From Candidatus Latescibacterota bacterium (lineage in GTDB: Bacteria; Latescibacterota; UBA2968; UBA8231): a DNA stretch of 64,000 bases. Every line of letters starts with the position of its first letter. The stretch's first letter is position 1. The position numbers and the translations under genes are program-made. The stretch lies in contig OZ220090.1 in NCBI GenBank assembly GCA_964291625.2, forward strand, positions 832,001-896,000, written 5' to 3'. Positions 40,880 through 51,110 of this stretch are shown here, one piece after another. The notes under the pieces were generated by a model. The model was not told where the DNA came from and ran no database searches. It saw only the letters and a list, made by a program, of their open reading frames with translations.

Positions 40880-42019
40880 ATGCCTGCCAGGGACCTCTGG
40901 GCCCGCATCCAGAAGCAGCTCCAGGGCCGCGCCGAGGACGAGCAGCTCCGGCTGCTGCAGTCCCATCTGGATGAGCTCCACGACGAGTGGAAGGGGCCCT
41001 ACAAGGAGCTGCGCGACCGCCTCCGCCGGCGGGTGGCCCGGCTGCAGGGCCACGCCAGCGTCCGCTCCCGCGCCGGGCACGAGGACCCCTTCCACGTCAA
41101 GGGCCAGGGCGATGCGCAGATCGCCGTCTGCGGGTCTCCGAACACGGGCAAGTCGACCCTCGTCCAGGCCTGGACGGGTGCGGCCACGGTCGTGGCCGGT
41201 TACCCCTTCGCCACCCAGCATCCGGTCCCCGGGATGCTGGCCTGCCCCGGGGGTGCCCTGCAGCTTGTGGACACGCCCCCCGTGGTGCCGGGTCTGGCCC
41301 TGGGCGAGGGCGCCGGCCGGCCCCTCCTGCACCTGTTGTCACGGATGGACGCCCTCGCCCTGGTCATCGACCTGACAGGATCCGTCGAGGCCCAGGTGGA
41401 GATCCTGCTCTCCCAGCTGGCCGAGGTGGGGGTGCGCCCCGTGCCGGGGCCGGTGACAACCCTCTATCGCGCCAAGGAAAAGGAAGGGGTGAGGTTCCTC
41501 GGCGTCGGTCTGTCCCGGCCCGAGGAGGCGGCCGCGCGCCGGATCCTGCGGCAGGCCGGACGGGACCATGCCGAGGTCACCCTGCGCGGCGCCTTCGCCG
41601 AGGACGAGCTGGCGGCCCAGGCCGCGGGCGAGAGCCTGACCCCGGCGGTGCTGCTGGGGACGCGGGCCCGGGAGACGGGAGCCGAGCGCGCCCGCGCCCG
41701 CCTCCGGGAGCTGCCGCCCGGGTTCCGCGTGGTCCCCGTCGGCCCGGACCCGGCCGCGGCGCGGACGGCGGCGGCAGAAGCCCTGCAGGCCGCTCTCGGC
41801 CTGGTGACCGTGTCGCTGCTGGACCGCCCCAAGCCGGAGGCCGACGCCGAGGAGCTGCTCGTGCCCCTGGCCAGCGAGGTCGGGGCCATCGCCCGTCGAC
41901 GCCATGCCCGCCCGCCGAAGGAGGCCCGTCTCTGGGGCCGCTCCGCCGACCGGCCGGGCCAGGTGGTCAGACTCAGCCACCTGGTCCAGGCGGGGGACCG
42001 CATCTACCTCCGCCCTTGA
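40880..42019 (+). CDS. DRG/OBG-like GTPase with TGS domain, degenerate G3/G4
   Basis: GSPNTGKS, YPFAT, LQLVDTPP, C-terminal ARLWGRSA..PGQ.V...H.V..GD (TGS). Confidence 0.78.
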   Translation: MPARDLWARIQKQLQGRAEDEQLRLLQSHLDELHDEWKGPYKELRDRLRRRVARLQGHASVRSRAGHEDPFHVKGQGDAQIAVCGSPNTGKSTLVQAWTGAATVVAGYPFATQHPVPGMLACPGGALQLVDTPPVVPGLALGEGAGRPLLHLLSRMDALALVIDLTGSVEAQVEILLSQLAEVGVRPVPGPVTTLYRAKEKEGVRFLGVGLSRPEEAAARRILRQAGRDHAEVTLRGAFAEDELAAQAAGESLTPAVLLGTRARETGAERARARLRELPPGFRVVPVGPDPAAARTAAAEALQAALGLVTVSLLDRPKPEADAEELLVPLASEVGAIARRRHARPPKEARLWGRSADRPGQVVRLSHLVQAGDRIYLRP

Positions 42020-42024
42020 CGGCG

Positions 42025-42053
42025 TTGCCCACGGCCGGGGCCGCCGCTATCCT
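42025..42053 (+). promoter_or_regulatory. Putative sigma70 promoter
   Basis: TTGCCC-17 bp-TATCCT upstream of the heparinase-like gene. Confidence 0.5.
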
Positions 42054-42102
42054 GATGCGCCGTCCTCTCCCGCAACCGGTGCACCTGGTCCCCGGAGGCT
42101 CC

Positions 42103-44580
42103 GTGCTCCACCCGCCCGAGCTGCTCGACCGCTTCCGCGCCGACGACGGTGTCCGCACCCGCGCCGAGGCTCGGGCGGAGCCCTGGCGGCGGTACTCCCT
42201 CGACGACCTGTGGTCCCTGGTCTTCGGCCCCCGCATCACGCGCTCGTGGATGGTGTGGTCCGACGGCGACTGCCCGGCCTGCCGCCGGCCGGTGAACATG
42301 TACGCCTGGGAGATCGACCCCTTCGCCGAGCCCTGGAAGCTGCGCTGCCCCCACTGCGGCGAGCGCTTCCCGAAGAACGACTTCGCCGCCTTCCACGAGT
42401 CCGGCCTGGACGAGGCGGGTCTCTTCGACCCGGACCGCGCCGACCGGGGCCTGCTGTTCAACGCCGGGCACGCCGACCCCGGTGACCCGCTGCGCGACTA
42501 CGGCGTCGACGACGGCGGCGGGGTTCCCGGCGACGGCGGCCGCTGGAGGTTCATCGGCACCTGGCTGATCTACGGGCAGTGGAAGGGGCTCATCGTCGAC
42601 GGCGTCGAGCGGCTGGCCGCGGCCTACGCGGCCACCGGCGATGCCGGTTACGCCCGGAAGGCCGGCGTGCTCCTCGACCGCGTCGCCGACGTCTACCCGG
42701 CCTTCGACTTCGGCGAGCAGGCCGTCCTCTACGAGCGGAAGGCCGACCGCGGCTACGTGTCGACCTGGCACGACGCCTGCGAGGAGGTGCAGCGCCTGGT
42801 CCTGGCCTGGGACCAGGTGCGGCCGGCGGTGCTCGAGGACGGCGAGTTCCTGGCCTTCGTGAAGGAGAAGGCCCGGCGCTGGCAGGTCCCCTCGCCGAAG
42901 GCGTCGGGCGCCGCGATCTGCGCCCACATCGAGTCCCGCATCCTGCGCGACACCCTGCAGAACACGCCGAAGATCCAGTCGAACTTCCCCACCACCGACG
43001 TGGCCAACCTCCTGATCCGCACCGTCCTGGAGGGGCGCGAAGGCCTGGAGGAGGTCTACGGTCTGCTCGACGAGGTGATCGAGAAAGCCACCCGCGTCGA
43101 CGGCCTGACCGGCGAGAAGGGGATGGCCGGGTACGCGGCGATCTCGCCGCGTACGCTGGCCCGGTGCCTGTCCCTCTTCGCCCGCGCCGACGACGCCTTC
43201 CTGCCGCGGCTGCTCGAGCGCCACCCGTCCCTCGGCCGGCACTGGCGGTTCCACGTGGACGCGTGGGTGGGACAGCGGTTCTACCCCGACATCGGCGACA
43301 GCGGCGCCGCGGGAGGCAGTCACCCCGTCTACTGCGGCGCCCTCTTCGACCGCGGCGGCGGCGATCCCCTGGCGCCCTCGGCCTTCACCTTCTTCCAGCA
43401 GCTCTACGAGGCCACCGGAGACGCCGCCTTCTCCCAGGTCCTGCACCACGCCAACGGCGGCACCCTGGAGGGCCTCCCCCACGACCCGGGGCATCCGGAC
43501 CCGGCCGGCTTCCGGCGCGGCGTGAAGCAGGTCCTCGCGGACCAGGGTCCGAGGCCCGCCGTCGGCTCCTTCAACCGGCCCCGCTGGGGGCTGGCCGTCC
43601 TGCGCTCGGGGGACGACCGCCGGGCGCCCACGGCCTGGCTCGACACCGACTCCGGCGCCCCGGACAGCATCTACGGCGCCCCGGCCCCGTCCGCGAGGGG
43701 GCGCGGCGCCCACGGCCACGCCGACGGCCTGAACCTGGGGCTCTACTACCGCGGCGTCGATCTCATGGTCGACCTCGGATATCCCCCCGTGAACTACGGC
43801 GGCTGGGACTCGCCCCAGGCCGAGTGGTACCGCCGCACGGCGAGCCACAACACGGTATGCGTCGACGGCCTCGACCAGGCGACGGCGGCCAGCGACACCC
43901 TCTGGTGGCTCGACGAGGACGAGGTCCGGGGCATCTGCGCCTCCTCGCCCGGCATGGTGGACGGCGGCCGCTTCGAGCGCACGCTGGTCATGGTGAACAC
44001 TGGCGAGGAGGACGCCTACCTCGTGGACGTGCACCGGGTGCGCGCCGGCCGCGACCACGCCCGCTTCCTGCACGCCACCTTCGGGAGCCTGACCACCGAC
44101 GCCCTGCGGACCCGGCCCACGGAGGAGTACGGCCACGGCACCCTGATGCGAAGCTTCCGCCTCGACCCGAGCCCGGCCGAGGGATGGACCGCCGAGTGGC
44201 GGGTCGAGGACGTGAACGGCCTCGCCTCCCCCGGCTCCGACCTGCGCCTGCGCTACACCGACGTGAGCCGCGGGCCGGCGGCGGGCACCTGCGAGGGCTT
44301 CGCCCTCATCGGCCACTACGGCGACCGGAACGAGCGCTGGCTCCTCCGCCTCGTGCAGCGGAATCGAGCCGACGAAGCGCCCCTGACCTCGGTCTTCGCC
44401 GGCGTCCTCGAGCCCTGCGACGGCGCCCCGGCCGTGCGCGGCGTGCGCCGCCTCGACGACGGCGGCGGCGCCGACGTGGACGAAACCGTGGAGCTGGAGA
44501 TCTCCCTCGCCGACGGCGGGCTCGACCGCATCGCCGTCGGCGTCGGCGACGACGTGCGGGTCCGGCGGAGCCGTCCGTGA
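42103..44580 (+). CDS. Heparinase II/III-like polysaccharide lyase-fold protein with N-terminal CxxC-CxxC
   Basis: HGHADGLNL, DLGY, W...T.SHNTV.VDG; CPAC/CPHC; GGAGG before GTG 42103. Confidence 0.78.
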   Translation: MLHPPELLDRFRADDGVRTRAEARAEPWRRYSLDDLWSLVFGPRITRSWMVWSDGDCPACRRPVNMYAWEIDPFAEPWKLRCPHCGERFPKNDFAAFHESGLDEAGLFDPDRADRGLLFNAGHADPGDPLRDYGVDDGGGVPGDGGRWRFIGTWLIYGQWKGLIVDGVERLAAAYAATGDAGYARKAGVLLDRVADVYPAFDFGEQAVLYERKADRGYVSTWHDACEEVQRLVLAWDQVRPAVLEDGEFLAFVKEKARRWQVPSPKASGAAICAHIESRILRDTLQNTPKIQSNFPTTDVANLLIRTVLEGREGLEEVYGLLDEVIEKATRVDGLTGEKGMAGYAAISPRTLARCLSLFARADDAFLPRLLERHPSLGRHWRFHVDAWVGQRFYPDIGDSGAAGGSHPVYCGALFDRGGGDPLAPSAFTFFQQLYEATGDAAFSQVLHHANGGTLEGLPHDPGHPDPAGFRRGVKQVLADQGPRPAVGSFNRPRWGLAVLRSGDDRRAPTAWLDTDSGAPDSIYGAPAPSARGRGAHGHADGLNLGLYYRGVDLMVDLGYPPVNYGGWDSPQAEWYRRTASHNTVCVDGLDQATAASDTLWWLDEDEVRGICASSPGMVDGGRFERTLVMVNTGEEDAYLVDVHRVRAGRDHARFLHATFGSLTTDALRTRPTEEYGHGTLMRSFRLDPSPAEGWTAEWRVEDVNGLASPGSDLRLRYTDVSRGPAAGTCEGFALIGHYGDRNERWLLRLVQRNRADEAPLTSVFAGVLEPCDGAPAVRGVRRLDDGGGADVDETVELEISLADGGLDRIAVGVGDDVRVRRSRP

Positions 44581-46394
44581 ACGCGGCTCCTGGCACCCCC
44601 GCGCGGGAGGCGGCCGAGCGGCTGGCCGCCGGCCTCTACCCGCACCAGGTGGAAGGGCTCGCCTTCCTCCTCGGCCGGCGGCGGTCGATCCTGGCCGACG
44701 ACATGGGCCTGGGCAAGACCCGCCAGTCCGTCCTCGCCCTGGTCCACGCCGAGCCCCGGGGCCCGTGGCTGGTGGTCTGCCCCGCCTCGGTCAAGCGCAA
44801 CTGGGAGCGCGAGATCCGCCTCGTCCTGCCGGACGCGGCCACCCACGTCGCCGGCCCGGCCCCGGTGCCGGAGCCCGGCTTCGGCGGCTGGGTGATCATC
44901 AACTACGACATCCTCAAGCGGACCTTCGACGACCTGCTGCGCCACGAGTGGCGGGGGCTGGTCTTCGACGAGGCCCACTACCTGAAGAACCACACCTCCC
45001 AGCGCTCGAAGCTGTCGACGCGGCTCGTCGACCGGACCGCCGGCGACCCCATGGTCCACGCCCTCACCGGCACCCCCCTGACCAACCGGCCCCGGGACCT
45101 GTTCCCGCTGCTGCAGCTCGTCGACCACTCCCTGGGCCGTTCGTTCCTCGGCTTCGCCAGGCGCTACTGCGCCGCCGAGAAGAACGACTACGGCCACTGG
45201 ATCACCTCCGGGGCCAGCAACATCGAGGAGCTGGCCGTGCAGCTCCACGGCATCATGCTGCGGCGCAACAAGGACGAGGTCCTCGACCTGCCGCCGAAGG
45301 TGCGCTCCTGGATCGACGTGGACATCCCCGAGAAGGCCCGGGAGGCCCTCGACGAGGGGGTGCGCGCCTTCCTCGGCGACGGCGCCCGGCGCGACACCCG
45401 GGGCCGGCGCATGGGGATCGGCATGCTCGCCTCGGCGCGCAAGCACATGGCCATCGCCAAGAGCCGCCACACCCTGGAGTACGTGCAGGGCGCCGTCGAC
45501 CAGGGCGAGAAGGTCCTCGTCTTCACCGGCTTCACCAACCCCGGCCGGCGGTTCGTGCGCCACTTCGGAGAGCAGGCCGTGGCGGTCACCGGCAAGACCC
45601 CGGTGAGCCAGCGCCAGGAGCAGATCGACCGCTTCCAGGAGGACGACTCGGTGCGCGTCTACGTGGGGCAGATCCACGCCGGCGGCACCGGCGTCAACCT
45701 GACGGCGGCGCGCCAAGTCGTCTTCAACGACCTCGACTGGGTCCCCGCCAACCACTGGCAGGCCGAGGACCGGGCCCACCGCATCGGCCAGGCGGGCACG
45801 GTGAACGTGACCTACATGGTCGCCCGGGGCACGATCGAGGAGTTCGTGCGCACCGTGCTGGAGAACAAGGCGCGCATCGTCGACGAGCTGGTCGAGGGCC
45901 GCTCCCTCGGCGACCTCGACGCCGACGTGATGAGCGAGCTGCAGCGCATGCTCCAGAAGCTGGACGTGAGCGCCGAGAGCCTGCGGTCCGGCGAGCACGG
46001 CCGCGAGCACATGGCGCAGGTCCTGAGGGACGCCGGCGAGGAGTACATCCGGGAGCAGGGGGAGCGCCTCGGCCCGGAGACGAAGGCGGCCCTGGTGCCG
46101 GTCTCGGAGGGGGCGATCCAGGCCCTGGCGGCGGTCCTGGCCGGCCCCCGGGAGCGGGTCTACCGCATCGCCAGCTCCCGCGACCCGGGCGTGCGCTACA
46201 CCGTCGAGGTGGTCGGCGCCGACGTCACCTGCGACTGCCGCGGCTTCCACTACCGCGGCGCCTGCACCCACGCCCGGACCCTGAAGGAAAGCCTGGTGGC
46301 CGGCGGTCCCGTGCCGCCGGCGTACGAACGGGCCGAAGCCGGGGCCCCGGCGGCCGCCGCCCCGGGCGACGGAGTCGACGCCCCCCGACGATGA
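44577..46394 (+). CDS. SNF2-family helicase/translocase with C-terminal SWIM zinc finger
   Basis: LADDMGLGKT, VVCPAS, DEAH, LTGTP, QAEDRAHRIGQ; CDCRGFHYRGACTH. Confidence 0.92.
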   Translation: MNAAPGTPAREAAERLAAGLYPHQVEGLAFLLGRRRSILADDMGLGKTRQSVLALVHAEPRGPWLVVCPASVKRNWEREIRLVLPDAATHVAGPAPVPEPGFGGWVIINYDILKRTFDDLLRHEWRGLVFDEAHYLKNHTSQRSKLSTRLVDRTAGDPMVHALTGTPLTNRPRDLFPLLQLVDHSLGRSFLGFARRYCAAEKNDYGHWITSGASNIEELAVQLHGIMLRRNKDEVLDLPPKVRSWIDVDIPEKAREALDEGVRAFLGDGARRDTRGRRMGIGMLASARKHMAIAKSRHTLEYVQGAVDQGEKVLVFTGFTNPGRRFVRHFGEQAVAVTGKTPVSQRQEQIDRFQEDDSVRVYVGQIHAGGTGVNLTAARQVVFNDLDWVPANHWQAEDRAHRIGQAGTVNVTYMVARGTIEEFVRTVLENKARIVDELVEGRSLGDLDADVMSELQRMLQKLDVSAESLRSGEHGREHMAQVLRDAGEEYIREQGERLGPETKAALVPVSEGAIQALAAVLAGPRERVYRIASSRDPGVRYTVEVVGADVTCDCRGFHYRGACTHARTLKESLVAGGPVPPAYERAEAGAPAAAAPGDGVDAPRR

Positions 46395-46440
46395 CCCCGC
46401 CATCCCTCACCCGCCGGCGCCGCCGGCGCACGGAGATCCC

Positions 46441-47796
46441 ATGACGACGCTCGACGCCACGGAGCTCAGGCAACTCGACGGAGACCACTGCTGGCATCCC
46501 CTCTTTCAGCACGGGCCGCGCGGCTCCGACAACCCCCTCCTCGTCTTCGAGCGCGGCGAGGGCAGCACCCTCTACGACGCCGAGGGGCGGGCCTTCCTCG
46601 ACGCCGGCGGCGGTCTGTGGAACGTCAACGTCGGCTACGGCCGCACGGAGATCTCGGAGGCCGCCTTCGAGCAGCTCCAGCGCCTGCCGTTCTACCCGCA
46701 CTCGCAGATCAACGAGCCGGCGGCGCGGCTGGCGGCGAGGCTGGCGGAGCTGCTGCCCGGAGGGCTGTCCCGCACTTTCTACACCAACAGCGGCTCCGAG
46801 GCCAACGAGACCGCCTTCAAGATCGCCCGCCAGTGCCAGCGGCAGCGCCACCCCGGGCAGAACCGCTACAAGATCCTGGCCCGTTACCAGGGCTACCACG
46901 GCTTCACCCTCGGGGCCCTGTCGGCCACCGGGCAGGTCGGCCGCCGGCAACCCTACGAGCCCCTGGTGCCCGGCTTCCTCCACGTCGACCCGCCCTACTG
47001 CTACCGCTGCCCCCTGAACCTGCGCTACCCGGAGTGCGGCCTCGCCTGCGCCGACGAGTTCGACGAGCTCATCCGCCGCGAGGGGCCGGAGACGGTGGCC
47101 GCCGTGGTCGTCGAGCCCGTCATCGGCGGCGGCGGCGTCATCGTGCCGCCCGACGACTACCTGCCCCGTCTGCGGGAGATCTGCGACCGCTACGAGGTGC
47201 TGCTCATCACCGACGAGGTGATCACCGGGTGGGGGCGCACGGGACGGCTCTTCGCCTGCGAGCACTGGGGGGTGGTCCCCGACATCATGGTCCTGGCCAA
47301 GGGCATCACCTCCGGGTACCTGCCCCTGGGGGCGACGGTGGTGACCGAGGAGATCTTCGACGCCTTCCGCGGCGAGCCCGGCGACGGCCGCGAGTTCGCC
47401 CAGGTCTGCACCTACGGCGGCCACCCGGCCTGCTGCGCCGCGGCCCTGGCCAACATCGACATCCTCACCGGCGAGCGGCTGTGGGAGAGGGCCGCCGAGG
47501 TCGGGGCCCACCTGCTCGAGGGACTGGGGAAGCTCTCCTCGCCGGTGGTCGGCGAGGTCCGCGGCCTCGGCCTGATGCTCGCCGTGGAGCTGGTCGACGA
47601 GAGCGGCGCCCTGCTGGAGGCCGGGCGCACCGCGGCGGTGAAAGGCGCCCTGCGGGACGAGGGCGTGCTCGTGGGCCAGATGAGCCACGCCGTGCGGGGT
47701 CCCAACAGCGTCCTGACCCTGTCGCCGCCGCTGGTCCTCGGCCGGGACGAGGCGGACCGCATCGTCGAGGCCTTCGCGCGGGCCCTGCCCGGCTGA
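46441..47796 (+). CDS. Class III PLP aminotransferase (omega-amine type)
   Basis: GLWNVNVGYG, NSGSEANE, YHG, EPV, DEVITGWGRTG, AKGITSGY, TYGGHP. Confidence 0.92.
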   Translation: MTTLDATELRQLDGDHCWHPLFQHGPRGSDNPLLVFERGEGSTLYDAEGRAFLDAGGGLWNVNVGYGRTEISEAAFEQLQRLPFYPHSQINEPAARLAARLAELLPGGLSRTFYTNSGSEANETAFKIARQCQRQRHPGQNRYKILARYQGYHGFTLGALSATGQVGRRQPYEPLVPGFLHVDPPYCYRCPLNLRYPECGLACADEFDELIRREGPETVAAVVVEPVIGGGGVIVPPDDYLPRLREICDRYEVLLITDEVITGWGRTGRLFACEHWGVVPDIMVLAKGITSGYLPLGATVVTEEIFDAFRGEPGDGREFAQVCTYGGHPACCAAALANIDILTGERLWERAAEVGAHLLEGLGKLSSPVVGEVRGLGLMLAVELVDESGALLEAGRTAAVKGALRDEGVLVGQMSHAVRGPNSVLTLSPPLVLGRDEADRIVEAFARALPG

Positions 47797-47816
47797 CGGC
47801 GCGCCCGCCCTTCTGC

Positions 47817-48185
47817 TCAGGCGTACCCCAGGGCCTCCAGCTCCTCCTCGTCGAAGCCCATGTAGTGGGCGATCTCGTGGACGAGGGTGATCTCCAGCTC
47901 CTCCTCCAGGTCGGCGCGGTCGGGGAAGTCGTACTCCAGGGCGCTCTGGTAGATGCGGATGACGGCCGGCAGGTCGCCCGAGTCCTCCACCCGGCGGTCG
48001 GGCAGCGGCGTGCCGGTGAACAGGCCGTAGACGTAGGTCTCCGGGTCGCCGTACATCTCGTCCATCAGCTCCCGGTCGGGCCAGTCCTCGACGATGACGG
48101 CGAGGTTGTCCATCGCCTCCCGGAAGGACTCGGGGATCCGGGTCAGGGCGGCCTCCACCAGCGCCTCGAAGCGCTTTCGGTTCAC
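47817..48185 (-). CDS. Zincin-like metallopeptidase (Zincin_1/DUF1025)
   Basis: FEALVEAAL..IP, VED.P, YGLF.G, TLVHEIAHYMG. Confidence 0.88.
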   Translation of the reverse strand: MNRKRFEALVEAALTRIPESFREAMDNLAVIVEDWPDRELMDEMYGDPETYVYGLFTGTPLPDRRVEDSGDLPAVIRIYQSALEYDFPDRADLEEELEITLVHEIAHYMGFDEEELEALGYA

Positions 48186-48199
48186 GGCTTCTCCGGTCC

Positions 48200-50935
48200 C
48201 TATCGCAGCAGGAGCATCCGCCGGCGCAGGTAGAGGCCGCCGACGAAGAGCTCGCAGTAGTAGTAGCCGCTGGCCGCCCGCAGGCCGCGCTCGTCGCGGC
48301 CGTCCCACTCGATCTGGAACACCCCCGGCGCCGCCTCCTGGTCCAGCAGGCGGCGCACGAGGCCGCCGAGGAGGGTGCGCACCTCCAGGGTCATGGGGCC
48401 GCTGCCGCCGAGGGAGGCCGGCAGAGGGGGCACGCTGAACTCGATCACCGTGCTCTCGACGAAGGGGTTCGGGTAGTTCTGGGCGAGCTCGAAACCGACG
48501 GGCTGGCGCGGGTCGGAGTTGAGGAAGGGGGTCCAGTCCACCGGGCCCGTCATGCGGGCCTCGATCTCCCCGGCCTCGGCCGTTCCCCACCAGTTGCGCC
48601 GTGCGTCGATGGGGTGGGGGGTGGCGTTGACCACCAGGACCCCGGCCTCGACCACGGTGTTGAGCTGCAGGCGGAGAGGCACCGGAAAGCCCTCGGCCAG
48701 GACGACCGTGTCGACCTGGGCGAAGCGGTTCCGCAGGATCCGGGCCGCCGCGTGGGTGGACCGGAGGGCCAGCCGGTAGCCGGCCAGGTCGTTGCCCTCG
48801 AGCAGCACGGCCTCGGTGCGGCGCAGGTGCAGACCCAGCCCGGACCCGGAGAAGCGGTTGCCGTTGATGGTGCCGCGGGCGCCGTCCCCCATCACCAGGT
48901 CGGGGCCTTCCGAACCGGGGCCGTTCTGCCGCAGGTCCGAACCGGACAGGAAGAGGAAGCCGCCCTCGCAGACGAGTCCCTGTCCGCAGTGGCGCAGGTC
49001 AAGGTCGTCGGCCTCGACGGGGGCGCCGCCGCGGAGGACGATCCCGGCGCCGCCGGCGCCGGTCACCTCGACGCCGTGGAGGCGGACCGGGCCGTCGACG
49101 GACTCCAGGCGCAGACCCGTTCCCGCCGGGTCCCGGATCTCCACCCTCGACAAGTCCTGGTGGCGCCCCGACCCCTGGATGGTCAGGCCGTCGGTGGCGT
49201 GCTCGATGACGACCTCGTGCAGGTCCAGGCCGCCGCTGGCCGAGACCTGGATGCCGCCCCAGTCCCCGGGGGCCGGCTGCGGCGCGGCGGAGGCGAAGAG
49301 CACGGGGCCGGTGGCGGTCAGGACGCCGTCGACCACGATCTGCCCCCGGTCGGGGTCGGTGCCGGCGCCGAGGCCGTCGGGCGCGACGAGGACGACGGTG
49401 CCGGCCTCCAGGTGCAGGTCGGAGCCCGCGAGGACGCGCACGTCGCCGACGATCTCCACCGTGTCCCGCCACACCGGGTCGCGGATCGGCCCCGCCCGTC
49501 TCGAGTCCTCCAGGGTCAGGTCGGCGGCGAAACCGCCGGCGGTCCGCCGGATGCGGTTGACGTTCACCCGGTTCAGGGCCGGGTTGGTGATCGGCGACAA
49601 CTCGGTGAAGCGGACCCCGTCGTAGGGGTCGGTGGCGTCGCCCAGGTTGCCGGCGTGCCCCTTGTTGTACTCGGCGTCGAGGGACCAGAAGTCGAGGTTG
49701 TCCCCTCCCAGGGACGCCGCGGGGCGGGTGCCGAGGGGAAAGCCGGCGTCGGTGTAGCGTCCGTCGGCGCAGACCAGGTCGACGAGCTTGCGCCGCTCCA
49801 GGTCGTTGCTGCCGGCGGCCTCCTGGACGTGCCAGATGAGCACCCCGCTGGCGGGCAGGTCGCGGTCGTAGTGGCTGCCCTCCGCGCCGCGGTGCTCCAC
49901 CAGCAGGTACTCGCCGTCGTCCACGGGCATCTCGTAGACCCTGCCGCCGCGGTTCACGTCGGTCAGGGGCGCCCCGTCCATGGAGCCGGTCACCTGCACG
50001 AGGCGCTCGTTGTCCTCGCCCAGCCATCCGAGCTCCCGGAGACTCCAGGCGCAGAACGGGTTGGGACCGCGGTTGCTGTCGTTCCATCCCCGGAGGCCGT
50101 GGGCCATGAGCCCCCAGTAGCCGATGCCGCCGGAGTGGCGGTCCAGCTCCGACGCAGGATCGTAGCGCCTCACATCCCGATCGTAGAGGTCGGGCAGGCC
50201 GAGGAGGTGGCCGATCTCGTGGGCGATGATGCCGGCCGCTTCGCCGAAGCTGCGGCCCCGCTGCAGGGTCCCGCCGCCGTCGGCGTCGGCGCGGACGCGG
50301 ATGGGGAGACCGCCCAGGCCGGTGTCCGAGGTACGGAAGGCGGTGGCAAGCCCCAGGCTGGCGACGCCGTTGGCGTCTCCGCGGATGAATCCGGTCGGGG
50401 TGGACTGCACCACGAGAAGCACGAGGTCGACGTAGCCGTCGTCGTCGCCGGAGTCCGGCACCCGGTCCGGACCGTCGTCGTCGAAACGGCGGAAGTCGAC
50501 GTCGGGGTCGGCATCGGCGGCGGCGAGGACCTCGCGGCTGAAGTTGCCGAAAAGGCCCGCGTCCCCGGCCAGGTAGTCCGAGACGGGACCCGCGGAGGTG
50601 TAGACCTTCGGGAGGGCCTCCCCCTCCAGCCGGAACTGGCCGCCGGACATCTCGTGGAAGAAGTGGGAGAGGCTGCCCGGCAGGCCGGGGTCGAAGAGGT
50701 CGGCGGCGAAGGCCGGAGCCGCCGGCGGCCCCTCCTCGCCGCGGAACCGGGCGAAGATGACCAGCGCCCGCAGGCGGCCCTTGGCGGGCAGCGATGCCGA
50801 CGCCGGGCGCAGGGCCGGGTCGAGGGCGTGCCCGCAGACACCGGCCGGCGCCGGCGCCGGGGCCAGCAGGCTGCAGCCGAGCAGTAGGAGGGCGGGAACG
50901 CTGCTCCCGCGGCTGTGGCGGCCGGTGTTCCTCAC
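48200..50935 (-). CDS. Secreted M6 (immune inhibitor A-like) metalloprotease with beta-helix and FlgD/T9SS-like C-terminal domain
   Basis: Signal peptide; [38 protein letters not shown]; DARRNWWG; [11 protein letters not shown]...WDGRD..G...ASG.Y. Confidence 0.85.
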   Translation of the reverse strand: MRNTGRHSRGSSVPALLLLGCSLLAPAPAPAGVCGHALDPALRPASASLPAKGRLRALVIFARFRGEEGPPAAPAFAADLFDPGLPGSLSHFFHEMSGGQFRLEGEALPKVYTSAGPVSDYLAGDAGLFGNFSREVLAAADADPDVDFRRFDDDGPDRVPDSGDDDGYVDLVLLVVQSTPTGFIRGDANGVASLGLATAFRTSDTGLGGLPIRVRADADGGGTLQRGRSFGEAAGIIAHEIGHLLGLPDLYDRDVRRYDPASELDRHSGGIGYWGLMAHGLRGWNDSNRGPNPFCAWSLRELGWLGEDNERLVQVTGSMDGAPLTDVNRGGRVYEMPVDDGEYLLVEHRGAEGSHYDRDLPASGVLIWHVQEAAGSNDLERRKLVDLVCADGRYTDAGFPLGTRPAASLGGDNLDFWSLDAEYNKGHAGNLGDATDPYDGVRFTELSPITNPALNRVNVNRIRRTAGGFAADLTLEDSRRAGPIRDPVWRDTVEIVGDVRVLAGSDLHLEAGTVVLVAPDGLGAGTDPDRGQIVVDGVLTATGPVLFASAAPQPAPGDWGGIQVSASGGLDLHEVVIEHATDGLTIQGSGRHQDLSRVEIRDPAGTGLRLESVDGPVRLHGVEVTGAGGAGIVLRGGAPVEADDLDLRHCGQGLVCEGGFLFLSGSDLRQNGPGSEGPDLVMGDGARGTINGNRFSGSGLGLHLRRTEAVLLEGNDLAGYRLALRSTHAAARILRNRFAQVDTVVLAEGFPVPLRLQLNTVVEAGVLVVNATPHPIDARRNWWGTAEAGEIEARMTGPVDWTPFLNSDPRQPVGFELAQNYPNPFVESTVIEFSVPPLPASLGGSGPMTLEVRTLLGGLVRRLLDQEAAPGVFQIEWDGRDERGLRAASGYYYCELFVGGLYLRRRMLLLR

Positions 50936-50945
50936 TCGGCAGGGT

Positions 50946-50974
50946 AGTATAGGGGCGGTCCGGGGGCCGGGGAA
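50946..50974 (-). promoter_or_regulatory. Putative sigma70 promoter of the M6 protease gene
   Basis: Minus strand TTCCCC-17 bp-TATACT, 10 nt before GTG 50935. Confidence 0.45.
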
Positions 50975-51110
50975 CCCCGGAGACCGCCTGCCGCGGGACC
51001 TCGGGTCCCCCCCCGGCCGGGAGGGGCCGGGGCCTTTGACACGGAGACGGTCCCCGGTTTCCTTCGGCCATGTCTCATACCACGTCCCATTCCAACGGAA
51101 GGCAGGGATC

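Noticed and set aside
36863-41332. Very long ORFs such as 1489 aa (36863-41332), 1240 aa (933-4655), 1271 aa (42579-46394) and 1180 aa (27224-30766) as giant proteins
   Set aside because: They are high-GC stop-poor shadow frames fused to real genes; only their 3' parts have protein-like composition and motifs.
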